A stretch of DNA of 63,310 nucleotides, counting the filler, from Porpidia crustulata (lineage: Eukaryota), in assembly GCA_964255105.1 (NCBI GenBank). It is 12 parts of 12 records of this genome, joined end to end, with 100 filler letters (N's around TTAATTAATTAA, not from the genome) between each part and the next. Parts side by side here need not be neighbours in the genome. Positions count along the whole stretch, not along the records: positions 47,595 to 52,772 come from CAXUWE010001891.1; positions 52,873 to 58,042 come from CAXUWE010001892.1; positions 58,143 to 63,310 come from CAXUWE010001893.1; 9 more parts are not named here. One strand, written 5' to 3'. Position numbers and translations under genes: made by a program. Below, one piece after another: positions 49,763 through 61,961 of the stretch. Positions within the stretch are counted from its first letter, which is position 1. The number at the start of each line of letters is the position of its first letter. Below the pieces are notes generated by a model. It worked only from the letters and a program-made list of their open reading frames with translations. It ran no database searches and was not told the DNA's origin.

Positions 49763-50797
49763 ATGAGCAGCCCAAAGAGAAGGATCGAGACGGATGTAAG
49801 TGGGCTGGAGCCATACACCCATGCGGAAGGCCAGATATAAGACAGTGCTGATGGATTTCTTCATCACGGGCATAGGTCATGAAGTATGCAGTATACCCTT
49901 GGCGGAGGCTTAAGTACCATGGCTAACTGCCCACAGGATGTATGTCTCTTCATCGATTGAGCTACACAGAGAGAGACACAGGCGTTAACTCTGGATCACG
50001 CAGGTTGATGAGCGATTATGAAGTGACTTTGGTCAACGATAACAGTGAGTTCTCGTAGATGGCACCCTCATTTTGCCAAGGTTATTCTAACAGATTCAAG
50101 TGTATGCTTCATACCTCAATGTTGACGTATTACGTTCGAAGGCTTATCGTGTTGCTCGATTCCAAGGCAAGAATTCTACGTTCGGTTCAAGGGGCCTGAA
50201 GAAAGTATGAAATTTAGTATGTTCTTTCATTACCACCTGCTCACATGTTTTCTCTGCAGCTCCCTTCACTGGTGGTCTATGGAAAGTCCATGTAGAACTT
50301 CCAGATCAATATCCGTATAAGAGCCCAAGCATTGGCTTCGTCAATCGCATTTTTCACCCAAATATCGATGAGCTGTACGCTTACTCCTACGTAGTCGTGG
50401 TGGAATGAGGCTGACTATTATAGCTCTGGGTCTGTATGCCTTGATGTAATCAACCAGACATGGTCGCCGATGTTTGATATGATCAACATCTTTGAGGTCT
50501 TTCTACCTCAGCTTCTGCGGTACCCAAATCCGACAGACCCGTTGAATGGAGAAGCAGCGGCGTTGCTGATGCGAGACCCGAAAACTTACGAATCCAAGGT
50601 CAAAGGTCAGCCCTCTCAGCCGCTGATTTAGGGGTGGGAAGGTAAGCTGATGCCATGAAATAGAATATGTCACGAAATATGCAACCAAAGACGCTGCGGA
50701 CGAAGCAGGTGATGATAGCGAGTCTGAGGAAGAGATGAGCTCGGTCGGCAGCTTCGGGTCTGGAGATGATGAGCCGGTGGGACAAATGGAAGTCTGA
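49763..50797 (+). CDS. UBC8: Ubiquitin-conjugating enzyme E2 Ubc8 (UBE2H), with microexons
   Basis: Spliced product [95 protein letters not shown]...PLNGEAA with an acidic tail; missed by the ORF track. Confidence 0.95.
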
Positions 50798-51181
50798 GAT
50801 GCCGGACGTTTAAATTTACATGCGGGACGATGGTTTAATGAGGTGTTTCAGGGGCGCAATCTCGGATTCAATTGGAGTATTACCTAGGGGACTGTATCCG
50901 TCGAGCGATAAATAGCATCTACTCGCAAGAGAAATAAGTGTCCCCTTTCGCGTGTTTTGAACGCGTACAGCACCATTTGCTTCTTTTTTTTTAGGATTTG
51001 CGCGGGAGCTTTTCGTCTTTCAAACACTCACACAAACCTGCGTTTAGGATATTCCTCCGGGCGCCGCCCCACGGCGTCCAGGATATCAGCTGATTCCCGC
51101 AAATTCGAAAGCCAAGCGCTTCTTGAATCACACCCGGATGATCGAGCATTGCAGCAAGTCAATAAGTATAAGAAACCCCAT

Positions 51182-51197
51182 TATATATATATATATA
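51182..51197. repeat. (TA)n microsatellite
   Basis: TATATATATATATATA. Confidence 0.8.
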
Positions 51198-52179
51198 CAT
51201 GCAGTTGTCAGGGGTTGGGCCTACAATAAGACTTTTTACGTTCATGTTTGCTTACAACTATCGAGTCGGAGCGGTGATAACGTTTTCATACGCCTGTGAC
51301 TGTCTACTCTAGCCTTTTGGACGTTCTTACACGGTCGCTGAAGTCCTTTGCGGGTGACTTGAGAATTATGGTTTGGGAATGTTAGGATGGGAATAGTACT
51401 CCTCGTACTCCCTTCTCTAGCATTTTTTGTCGCCCGGGCCATGCTTACTTGACTTGACCGCAATATTGGCCGCTCATTCTCCATCGATGCCACCTACTTA
51501 TATGTATCATTCAACGGTGAAGCATTAGTGAAAATAGTAGAAGGTTAAGAGATAGAGGAGCCAGAACTATTCCTTGCTTCGTGAACACGAAGTCAGTATG
51601 ACGACTTTTGGAGAAATGGGCAACAAAGACGCTTGATCACGAACTCCTTCCAAGGTCTCAGAACTAGGTAAGGTAATTGTAATGTGTGCTACCTAGCTAG
51701 TTGCCTATCCATCACGGAGGTCACCCTCAATAGGTAGGGTTTAGCAACGGCTGTTCACAGGCGAATGCTCATGGAAGCTTACGGAAATTCCTACTCTGTT
51801 GGATCTCTATGGATATGCTAGAGGCTTTTGCGCCTAGATTTCCTCTTCAAAGGCCACTTACTGTTGATACCAATTAGTCGATTCCACGAGTACACAATCA
51901 CCATGCAATACGAACAGATCCTCCAACGTTTTGTGTGATGTGTAGATGGGTTCCTGTAGATGCAGGAATCAAAAATTATACACGTGGTGACGTGGTACAC
52001 GAGTAGTTAGCGCCTGATAATCAAACGAAACCTTTATCAATGCTAAGCGGCGTTGCTCCGTGCAACGCTTGAACAAGTAATGGGACAACAATAGCCGACA
52101 TCATTGCCAGTTGAAATGGATCGAGAATGTGCAATTGAAACAGCAACTCTGCAGATTCCAGCTGACGGAAATTCAACTC

Positions 52180-52772
52180 ATGGCGGGTCCACCCCGCAAA
52201 GAGACAAATCCAGACCGTCCTCGCAAAGCCTACACTAGACCCAAGACCAGAGCAGATGAGAAAGCAAAAACCTCTCCAGATGTACGCGCCAAGCGAACGT
52301 CGAAGCATAGAGATCGAAGCCCTGAGCGATCGCCTCCTAAAGCGTCCAGAGCATCGAAGCACACAAGCTATTCATCATCTGGAACGGAAAAGTCCTCGAA
52401 TGTACTCAGTATTGATTCGCTGGCGAAGCTCGATGCGCTGAATGAAAAGGTTACTGTTGCGACAAAGGAGCGGGAGAGGAAGGTGGAGAAGAAAAGGGAA
52501 AAGGAGAAAATCGTAACAGGTCGGGTGGTGAAGGATAGAGGGCAACATAGGCGGAAATCATATAATAGAGAGAAACGGCGGGTGATTAGCGGCCCATTGG
52601 CGGAAGAAGGCCGTGTTATCAGAAGAAGAGGAGGATACATCGAGGAAGACTCTGGGAAGAAGAGATTTGGAAGGAAATTTTGGTGGAGTGTAGGACTGTT
52701 GGTACTATTGCTAGCGATTATCATCCCGGTTGCAATTGTTGTGTCAAAGAAGAATTCTGGCGGCGGCGGAGG
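52180..52772 (+). CDS. exgD: Type II membrane GH5 glucan 1,3-beta-glucosidase D-like protein, N-terminal part
   Basis: Basic cytoplasmic N-terminus with RRVISGPLAEEG, then TM WWSVGLLVLLLAIIIPVAIVV and a Gly linker; the catalytic domain lies beyond the contig. Confidence 0.65.
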
Positions 52773-52872
52773 NNNNNNNNNNNNNNNNNNNNNNNNNNNN
52801 NNNNNNNNNNNNNNNNTTAATTAATTAANNNNNNNNNNNNNNNNNNNNNNNNNNNNNNNNNNNNNNNNNNNN
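52773..52872. other. Artificial contig-joining spacer
   Basis: N44-TTAATTAATTAA-N44. Confidence 0.98.
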
Positions 52873-52929
52873 AGAAGGGGGGATTAGGGATACTGCTGAT
52901 TTGTGGTTGGGTGGTGAGGAGGTAGGTAG

Positions 52930-53120
52930 ATTTTCTATGATCTGAGAGGGCGTGGAAATGATGCTCTTGGGTATGTCACGTCCTTTTCACTTATTTCAAT
53001 ATTCCGAGCTCTCCGCCTGAATGGGCTGACGGTCAAATATTTTCTGCAATATTCCACATTAGGCTGCATCCTTTGCCTGGTTGGCGGCAAACCATAAGCT
53101 TTGAAGATAGAGAAGGATAA
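52930..53120 (+). CDS. Possible last two exons of an unidentified gene
   Basis: TAG acceptor, IFYDLRGRGNDAL, intron GTATGT..GCTGAC..TAG, then GLHPLPGWRQTISFEDREG*. Confidence 0.3.
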
Positions 53121-53721
53121 ATTACGGCGAAGACGAAAATCTCGGTGGGTGGCTTTTGGATGGAGGTTGGAACCGGGGGATGTCCTCGCATAGTGGCTCA
53201 GCAGGCCGGCCACTGTTAATCATCATAATTGCTCTGGGTTGTGTGGTCTGCCCAAGTATAACTTGCCAAAAACTACAGCCATAGGACCAGATATGCACTT
53301 TTCGTACTCGATTTGTCACTCAAATCTAATATTGACTTTCATTGTGCCTTAGTGAACAGTGACTGGACGATTAAAGAACCAATTATGTACAAGCTGTACA
53401 AGCTAAAAACCGGTAAAGATCTCTGACATTAGCTACAACAGCCACCCGGACGTATCCAAGACGTCCATCAGGACGTGGCACAGATTTTCTCGAACATGTA
53501 AGTCTTTCGTGCAAGATCCCCCAATATGCGGTTCAAACATGTGAACCAAGGCCACATCGAGGTGTGATCCAATCGTACACCGGTAAGGGTTTAAGCGGAT
53601 CGGGTACACAGTATTGAAATGGAAGAAAGGCGTAGAATCGGCATTACAGGAATTTGAACAGGCCGTAGTACTCCGAAGACGCCCGAATGTCGCAAGTGGT
53701 ATCATAGGGTGAGTGCGTGGC

Positions 53722-55034
53722 TTATAGGCGGTGACCGGGCACGAACACGAAGAGGACAATGGCGCATACGCCGACGAGGATGGTGACAAGCAGGACCATG
53801 ATTGCGCGCTTGTTCATGAGTTTTCGGATGTACGGTTCGCGGATCCGTGACCAGTTCATAAAGGTGTATTCGCTCAGGCCGGCGAGGGCGAGGACGGGGT
53901 CGATGGAGTATTGTTGCGATGCGAGGCAGTATACACCGATTGTGAATGGCAGGATCAGCTATGAACGACAAAGGGTCAGCGGGGAACTCTATGCGGCGGA
54001 AAGGAGGTCTGAGTTTACCCAGCAGCGAATGTGTTTTGGCTTATTCAGGAGGATGCATGCGAATCCACCCCAGAAAGCGCCAAACATTGCGAACAAACCC
54101 AGGCACAGTCGCAGGAACGAGGACGGAGGCACCAGGTTACCGAGGGCTTTTGAACGGAGGAAGCCTGGGAAAGCGTCGCGCTCCATGGCCTGGAACGTGT
54201 AGTCCTTTGCTGCATCGAAGACTTCGGGATCGTCTCGACCGTCTTCCTCAATAGAGGCGGTGATGTCGTTGAGGATACCTTGTGGTAGGATAATCTCTCG
54301 TTCTGAACCTGGCAGCAAAAATGTGTACAGAATCTTCTCCGCACTTGCTCTGATATCAGCCCTCGCAACCGTGTGCGCTGGCGAGTCTGAATTAGTGGGT
54401 GAGCCATTTGTCATGAAGCTAGCTCTGGGTGGCCGGTCTCGGTCTCTATATCGGTCTCCAGACCCTCGAAGACTAGAATAATGCGAAGCCAAGCTACTGT
54501 GGGGGGAATGGGTAGCATGGCCATTGCCATTACCATTACCGTTGGCAACACCATTCCCATTGCCATTGCCATTGCCGTTACCGTTTTCTTGGCGCAGATA
54601 TGCCGAGAGGTGCTGGTCTTTGACCTTCTCTTCGCTGGTAAGATTCACAGACGGTCCGGACGGCTCGTTCATATCACCCATATGGTCAAGTATGTAGGAT
54701 GAGCGCTTAGATCCTGTCTTCTCAAGCTCTGGAGTTTCGACCAGGACCGATCTTCGAAGTTCACGGACATAGTGACGGCAAAGTGACATATGCTGGGAGA
54801 CATCGAGCCTACGACGGTAGTATTAGTGGTCTGATCGCAAGACATGGCTAATAGTGGAATTTTTTCATACCAAAAATCGAGGTAGTCTACTGATCTTTGC
54901 TGGTCTCGCATAAAGATATAGAAAGAAAAGAGATCCACAGGTGCCAATGTTTGGCGGCTTAAGACTTCGTAGAGTGTCGGTAGGCGATTTCGATTCACAT
55001 CAGGATGTGGCGATGGCGTATCCATGTTAGACAT
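53722..55034 (-). CDS. RAX1: RGS-domain bud-site selection protein Rax1 (RgsB)
   Basis: RLPTLYEVLSRQTLAPVDLFSFYIFMRDQQRSVDYLDFW/LDV; LLPGSEREI; GRDDPEVFDAAKDY.FQAMERDAFPGFL; C-terminal TMs ending FVFVPGHRL. Confidence 0.93.
54521..54585 (-). repeat. Imperfect hexanucleotide repeat encoding (NG)n in RAX1
   Basis: CCATTG/CCATTA/CCGTTA units encoding NGNGNGNGNGVANGNGNGNG. Confidence 0.8.
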
Positions 55035-56998
55035 CTTGCGTTATGAAGTGCTCTGAGAACGACAATATGCCAAGAACGCCTGGAATTTTGTCGAGGCGCG
55101 TTGTTATCGTAGATCTTTCGATGAGGCGTGCAGGTTTGTCTCCTTTCTGTTAGGGAAGCTAGTCTTACGGACCAATCAAACACTTTGCGTTGTATGAATC
55201 TGCCTGCCTCCGAAGGCAACGGGGCCTTCAGTGACAGCGATAATGATCGCGCCTTCACGACAGACTGATTGTCGCTCGACGATGAATGACTTCAAAGTGA
55301 AGGTGAGGTAATAGGTTGCATGGTGATGGTGATCCAGATCCATAAGGCTTGGCGTTCGGTTATCGTATTAGTACCAGCAGGGGGTGGCTGGCAGTCTTTA
55401 TGTAGCTCCCTCTGGACCTCAGATAGATCAATTACATAGGTAGGCGATCATCTTTCTTAGTCAACCTAAGTCAATCCCCAAATGCCCAAAGAGTGCAGTA
55501 TAAAGATGTCAATTACAGGATATCGTGGGATATTCTGAGTCCAAGAAGTCGAGAAGGCCATTGGATGTTGTCAGTCTGTCAGTCATTCAACCGGAATATT
55601 GGTGCTGTCTCTGCTATCAACTTCAACCATTTATTCCAGTCCAAGAGCTCTTGCATCACACGTAGTGGCTTGACTCATGCTACCATCACTGCTCGAGAAG
55701 CTTGTACCTTAGAAACGCTACAAATACACAATCCTTCATGCTGCATAGAGCCTTGGGAGCTTTGTAACGGTACAAGAAAATGGGCGTCCCATTTCCATGA
55801 CTTGGTCGTTCATCACGCCAGCCATACTGATCATACTGGTGGTGGTGGGACAACTTTTGTTTGAATATGGATACGCTAGAGTACGGTTTATCCTCAGCTA
55901 ACAATAGGTTTTCTTTATGGAAAGAGCCCACATGATTGACTGAAGAAAAAGGAAAGAGACTCCAGATATCGTCAGACTTACCTTTTCATGGCCACCAGGC
56001 CCTCAAGATGAACCAAGACACAGGCTTCCATTCCTCATATGAATCTTAGTAAGTGAAATGTATCTTTATCACGTCAGACGACTTCTTGATTTATCATAAA
56101 CTTGCTTTGGACTTGAGATTCCCAAGGTTCACATCGAGAGCTTTCTAAGCCACTCTCCTGAACCCAATAAAGATTCAGTATAATCCAGACCTAGGATGCC
56201 ACGAGGGCCCTTCCTGAGGTGATGATATCACTGCTATTCTCAAGTACCGAACTAAAGGCCTTGAGGTCATGGCACGAAGCTTCTCAGTCCTTTCGCGCCA
56301 TGAGGTGCCCTAGAAAGTAGGAGAATGAACTTGGTCGTATAAAAGCCAGAACTTCGATAAACAACGATCGCTCTCCTACCAAGGAGATATACAAAGCCTT
56401 CGTACTCTATATGTGACATGACTGTTGACCTGGCTTCATTTGCAAGCTTTCTCGAAGAAAAAAATTCACATAGATGACTAGCCCATTGATTTGACCACTG
56501 AGCTAGCTATAGAGCTTTGTTTCCTAAGTATTTGTTCACTTTTGCAAATAACTAATCAGCAGTGTACATGGGAAAGTACTAGCAATCAAATTCCACAACA
56601 AAATTGCCATTTGATTCTGCCTGTCGACTAGGTCTGTGTAATCAATTACTTTTACTTTTTTATTCGATGACCTACTCTACCTTTACATCTTATAAAGCGT
56701 TGCATCTGGTCAATTTCAGCGACTTCATCTTGCGACCAAATTCACTATTCAGCTCGATAGGTAGCACGGAATCGACCTGCCACTCGATTTTCGTCAACTA
56801 CTTTCACCTGATTCAAGAAGCTCAAACATGACCAAAAATGTATCCTTTTTCGTAGTACAGTAAGCGTGCCAATGGAAGCCTCCTTGATATATCCTACTAA
56901 ATATTACATCAGCTCAAAGGGCTTTACCTAACAAGCAACCATAAACCACGGGCAAAACCCTGCGCATATCGGAACCCTCAGCAGTTCCAATCTTCAAA

Positions 56999-57523
56999 AT
57001 GCAGCTTCTGCCAGCTCACTTTACCCTCATCTCCTCGAGTCTCGTCATCCTGAATCTCTTTGCAGCTGCTTCTCCGCATAATCCGGTCTCTAAATCTCCC
57101 AGCGTTTCCACCGTCACCAAAACTGTCTATACCACTCTCACCTCGACCGCAATAAGCTATGTCATCGCCACAACTACCACGAAAACCTTTCACTCCATCT
57201 CAGCCTCCTCTATTCCAGCAAAGACAGTCTACGTCACTGATATCGACACAGCCATCAAGGAGGTAGCTGCTACCACGCAGACATTGTACACCGTTTCAGT
57301 CAGCCTAATTACCAAAACCTCCACTGTTATCATTAGCATTACGATTACGAAAGATATCGCCGCTACGACCGAGACCTTGGTGACTGTTGCAAGCTCCATC
57401 AGTCGCCCTCCAGCAACGACCGTCACGATTCGTATAACCACGACCACAACAGAGTATGTCGTTGCTACCACCACCACGGACACGATATCGCTGTTCACTG
57501 CTGCCGCTCCTACCAGCTCCTGA
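56999..57523 (+). CDS. Secreted Ser/Thr-rich (mucin-like) protein
   Basis: Hydrophobic signal-like N-terminus; Thr/Ser/Val-rich body with repeats KEVAATTQTLYTV and KDIAATTETLVTV. Confidence 0.6.
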   Translation: MQLLPAHFTLISSSLVILNLFAAASPHNPVSKSPSVSTVTKTVYTTLTSTAISYVIATTTTKTFHSISASSIPAKTVYVTDIDTAIKEVAATTQTLYTVSVSLITKTSTVIISITITKDIAATTETLVTVASSISRPPATTVTIRITTTTTEYVVATTTTDTISLFTAAAPTSS

Positions 57524-58042
57524 ACGCCATGCGATATGTTCACTTGCATTTGAAGTTTTCCACGGTCGTTAGTGATAGATCATGCAGTGGCTCTGTGTTC
57601 AATGGAGAGCAAGGTCCAGGTTCGCACAGCAGAACAGCTGAAAGCGAGATCTGATACATTTCCAGAAATTTGCCAATAGTCTTGAATAGAGAGAGGCGTA
57701 CTTCTTTAGACTAATGTAAACCTCAACCGCTGTACAATTTGCTGATGATTACTTTCAATCACTCTTAAACCAATCCACCCTCATTCCTCACTTTGATTTG
57801 TAGTCATCCAGCTATGTTATGCATGCACAACTCTTATGCAAGTGGCCGTGCAACAACCAAACGCCACACCACGCGTACTCCACTCAACCTTCAAAAAGAA
57901 AAAGCACCGTCACCCAAGCTCCATCAAACTCACATTCACCACCAAGCACCAGTCCTCATCCTCATCCCTACCCTCAACTACCTCCCCTCCAAACCGCAAC
58001 CATGGCCTTCTGCATCACCTTCGGCACGCACGGTAACCCCCC

Positions 58043-58142
58043 NNNNNNNNNNNNNNNNNNNNNNNNNNNNNNNNNNNNNNNNNNNNTTAATTAATTAANN
58101 NNNNNNNNNNNNNNNNNNNNNNNNNNNNNNNNNNNNNNNNNN
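58043..58142. other. Artificial contig-joining spacer
   Basis: N44-TTAATTAATTAA-N44. Confidence 0.98.
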
Positions 58143-58550
58143 TCAAGGCAAGATGAAAGAAGCCGAGGATATGTACCTGCGGGCATTGATAGGAAAGGAA
58201 AAAGCCTGGGGTCCTGAACACACATCGACGCTTGGTACGGTTAACAACCTAGGAAATCTGTACTCGAATCAAGGCAAGATGAAAGAAGCCGAGGATATGT
58301 ACCTGCGGGCATTGACGGGGTATGAAAAAGCCTGGGGTCCTGAGCACACATCGACGCTTGACACGGTTAACAATCTAGGAAGTCTGTACAAGAATCAAGG
58401 CAAGATGAAAGAAGCCGAGGATATGTACCTGCGGGCATTGATAGGAAAGGAAAAAGCCTGGGGTCCTGAGCACACATCGACGCTTAACACGGTTAACAAT
58501 CTAGGAAGTCTGTACAAGAATCTAGGCAAGATGGAAGAAGCCGAGGCCAT
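58143..58550 (+). repeat. Near-identical 126-bp tandem repeats (TPR units)
   Basis: TCAAGGCAAGATGAAAGAAGCCGAGG at 58143, 58269 and 58395, with a variant at 58521; period exactly 126. Confidence 0.95.
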
Positions 58551-61201
58551 GTATCGACGGGCGCTGGAAGGTAAAGAGAAGACGTGGGGGCTGGAGCATC
58601 CGGATACACTGATAATTATGCATAATCTAGCAGATGTGCTAGGGAATCAGGGCAAGTACAGAGAGGCCGAAGAAATGTTTTTAGGGACGGTAGAATTGAG
58701 TATAAAGGTCCTGGGCGATGGCCACCCATCCACCACAGTGATAATGGGCCATCGAGCCTCCCTGCTGGAGATTCAGGGGAAGCACACGGAAGCCGAGAAG
58801 ATGTATAAACAAACGGTAGAAAGCTTGAGGAGAAAGTTAGGGGGAGAGCATCCTCGTACTCTAACTAGTATGGCCAATTTGGCAGGAAATTATCAGAAGC
58901 AGGGACGCTGGGATGACGCGGAAGAGCTTCAGGTGCAAGTTTTAGAGATTAGTAAGAGGGTTTTTGGATCGGATCATCCTGTTGCAGTATCCAGGATCAA
59001 CGATCGAGCATTGAATCATGCGTGGACCTCAACAGCAAATGTAGTTAGTGCATGGAATGATGATGACGTACTATCACTTCCAAGCCTTACAGATGGTTCG
59101 ACACTGAAGTCCTCACAAGGTGATGATCGTGACGCCGCGGGGGAATTTGCCACATTGCTAATAAACGACGAGAGGCTCAAAGCATTATTTCAAGTGGCGC
59201 TTGAGAAAATTGGCACACAAAGATTTCGCAGAAATACAGTGAAATCCCTCAAAGATTTCGCCAGGAATCTTCGGCAAGAAGCAAATAGTGAACTACAACA
59301 AGCGTGTGTTGAGCTTGTGCGTTCGAGGGCGCAATATATTGTCAGCCGGATAAGCCAGAATCTTGATCCAAATCGAAATCAATCCACTGTGCACCGGGAG
59401 ATGGATGGCCTCTCGACTCAAACCCCTCAAAAGCAATTGCGAGTCGAAGATTTCATTTCGAAGCAGTCATTCATGGCGCAGGATTTTACAGTCGTAGAGG
59501 CCTCCTCGCAGCTCAGAGGCCAACTTGGCCCGACAAGAGAGAAGCTAGACAGTAATAATACAGACGGAGAGGAAAGTGACACGGACAATCAAGCGCTGCC
59601 ACGAATCGCTACTCTGGAACACCTGAAGGCTTTCATGGTCAATTCGAAAGCTTTCCTAAAGCTCAAAGACAACGTCCGGGAATTTGCATTTCCACATTCG
59701 CAAATGAATCTCGACCAGATTAAAGCTACGAGCCAATTGCCGGTCATCGCTTCAGATGCTTTGCAAGCGTTAACGACCTTGAAAAGCGTGCTGTTCATGC
59801 TTTATTCCTTATTCATAAATTCCGTACTCGCCGGTTCGTATGAGCATCCACTATGCATCGATTTCGACCGAGTACGATGGACATGCGTAAGCACTTTCCA
59901 TCCTACTACGTGTCAATAACCTGATCAAACCCAGACCTGTGGCCGAGGATTTTACCAAGACTTTGTTAATACATCTTCGGATGCACGAAGACTTTTTGGA
60001 TTACTCACTGCGTCAGGTTATCAGGCAAGCATAGTCAAACTACAAGCTCAAGATGACAACAGCATTCAATCCTCATCTGCCGCTCCGCCTGAAGATAGTG
60101 CGAGCAACAACCATGCTAGCTCCTCTCATCAGCGTTCATTAGCCTCTGCCATCCGACCGTCAGATCAGCCGCCCACTCAGGACACAGAAGAGGATGAGAC
60201 TAGAGTAACGCCGAATACTCCACGTGACGAATTCAAGCTTAGATGGCTGCTTCTTTGCTTCGATTTCTACAAGTACGCAGGAAAGACCATTCACGTGGAT
60301 GTACAAAAGCCCTGCGATGACGTTGAGATGTTTCATTTATTCCGGCAGGAATATCTCCGATCTCGAGGAATTCTAGGACGGCTATTTTCGTGGAAAAAGG
60401 TTAAGAAGATCTCGTTTGTGCAGGTACTCTTTCTTCATAATATTAAATCTGCCATAATATCAGAAGTATACTGACTTAATGCAGTTTCGACTAACGTTGG
60501 ATACCAGGACTAATGACAGCGTACCGCTGATTGCTGAGGAGTGGAAACCTCCACGTGAATGGGGACAATATCATCAATGGGATCCACGACCACCAGAAAT
60601 TTCACCAAATATAACGAGCGACTGGTTATTACATCACTGGGAACATCCTCATAATGCGCTAGCCTTTCGGCTTAATTGTAAAGCTAAGACTATATCTAGG
60701 CACATCTGTCGAAGCTCGCACCGCGCGATCAAAAGAGTGTTAAACGATGTTCGAGAAGCTGCAGCGAACGCTCTCGTAAGGTACAAAGCCTTTCGCGGGT
60801 CCGAATTAGATCAGCTGCCAACCAATAATACGAAATCTGAGACCCCCCCTATGAGCGAGATTACTACGGCTTCCTCCACTCCGATGAATGGCCACCTTCG
60901 AGAGAAACCAAACTTGATCTTCAAAGCTTGCCCGAAGAAAATTATCGAGCCACTATTAGCACATCCCAACAACCCACCATATGGATGGGGTCTGTATCTA
61001 AAGGAAGGCTTTGCAGTTCCCGATCCAATCAGAAATATCGCACTTTTCCTGGTGTTCGATCTTGTAGTCGGAGTTCTGGCTTACTGCATCAAACAGTTTG
61101 CTATCGCGAAATTTAGCGTTTTCGGCCTCTGGAGTGCCACACTTAGTCTCTGCTCTATAACCGCTATGTTCATATTCAAGTACGTGGAGGCGAAGAACTA
61201 A
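58143..61201 (+). CDS. NLR-type (kinesin-light-chain-like) TPR protein fused to an uncharacterised C-terminal module with 2 TM helices; 5' truncated
   Basis: 42-aa TPRs (GPEHTSTL.TVNNLG.LY..QG); introns 59887-59934 and 60424-60484 join the ORFs through RVRWTC/TCG, WLLLCFD, KKISFVQ/FRL, CPKK, GWGLYLKEG and two TMs. Confidence 0.82.
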
Positions 61202-61961
61202 CGATATTCTTTTCAATGTCGATGACATTGAGAAGTAAAGAGTTCAGGTCCTGTATTAGACGTAGTAGGTAGATATATTGGTGATGTACGTAGGCGCGTG
61301 GGCGAGACCTAAGCGGTATGTAAGCATGCTAGTCTATATACAGGAACCCTGCCCTCCTTAAACCTCTAGATTTAAGCTTCATATTGTTATAAAACAAGTG
61401 GGAGAGCCTAAAACAGGCTTAGACAAGAAGGCTATGGAAATCTATCAGTTGTAGTTTGCAATTTAAACAGACAATGATATAGCTAACACGCTCGTGAGCT
61501 CTTCCAAAGGGATCGCAATATAATCCCCCAAAGCCAATGTGGTTTATCTTGTCAAGGCAGGATAGGATCGGTAAGGCCGCTTGTAGTTGCTTGGTCACCG
61601 TCCATCCATCTGGCTGCTCAGGAGGGCATAATCAACGCTATTGTTTTCGCGTGATTTAACAGCGCGTAAATCAGCTAGACGCGCTGCATCTCTTGTAGGG
61701 ATATATTATTTCCTCTAGTAGACCTGTCGCGCCTGAGTCTGTGTTGTGCGCCGCCCCTTGCATTGGAACTAAAATCTTTCAAGGTTTCACTAAAACCATC
61801 CACTCATCGCTCATCGATTCTGTCCAGGATACGACCACCGTCGATACTGTTAAAATGAATACGGAAGTCCATACCCAGAAACTTCTCAACGATGCATAGT
61901 CTGTCTTTCATCTCGAATGTAATGGCTAGGTTCACCGTGGAGACTAACAGCGCATCGGATA

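Noticed and set aside
58143..58550. Direct repeats as a CRISPR array
   Set aside because: The units are contiguous, in frame and 126 bp long, encode TPRs, have no unique spacers, and lie in a eukaryotic genome.
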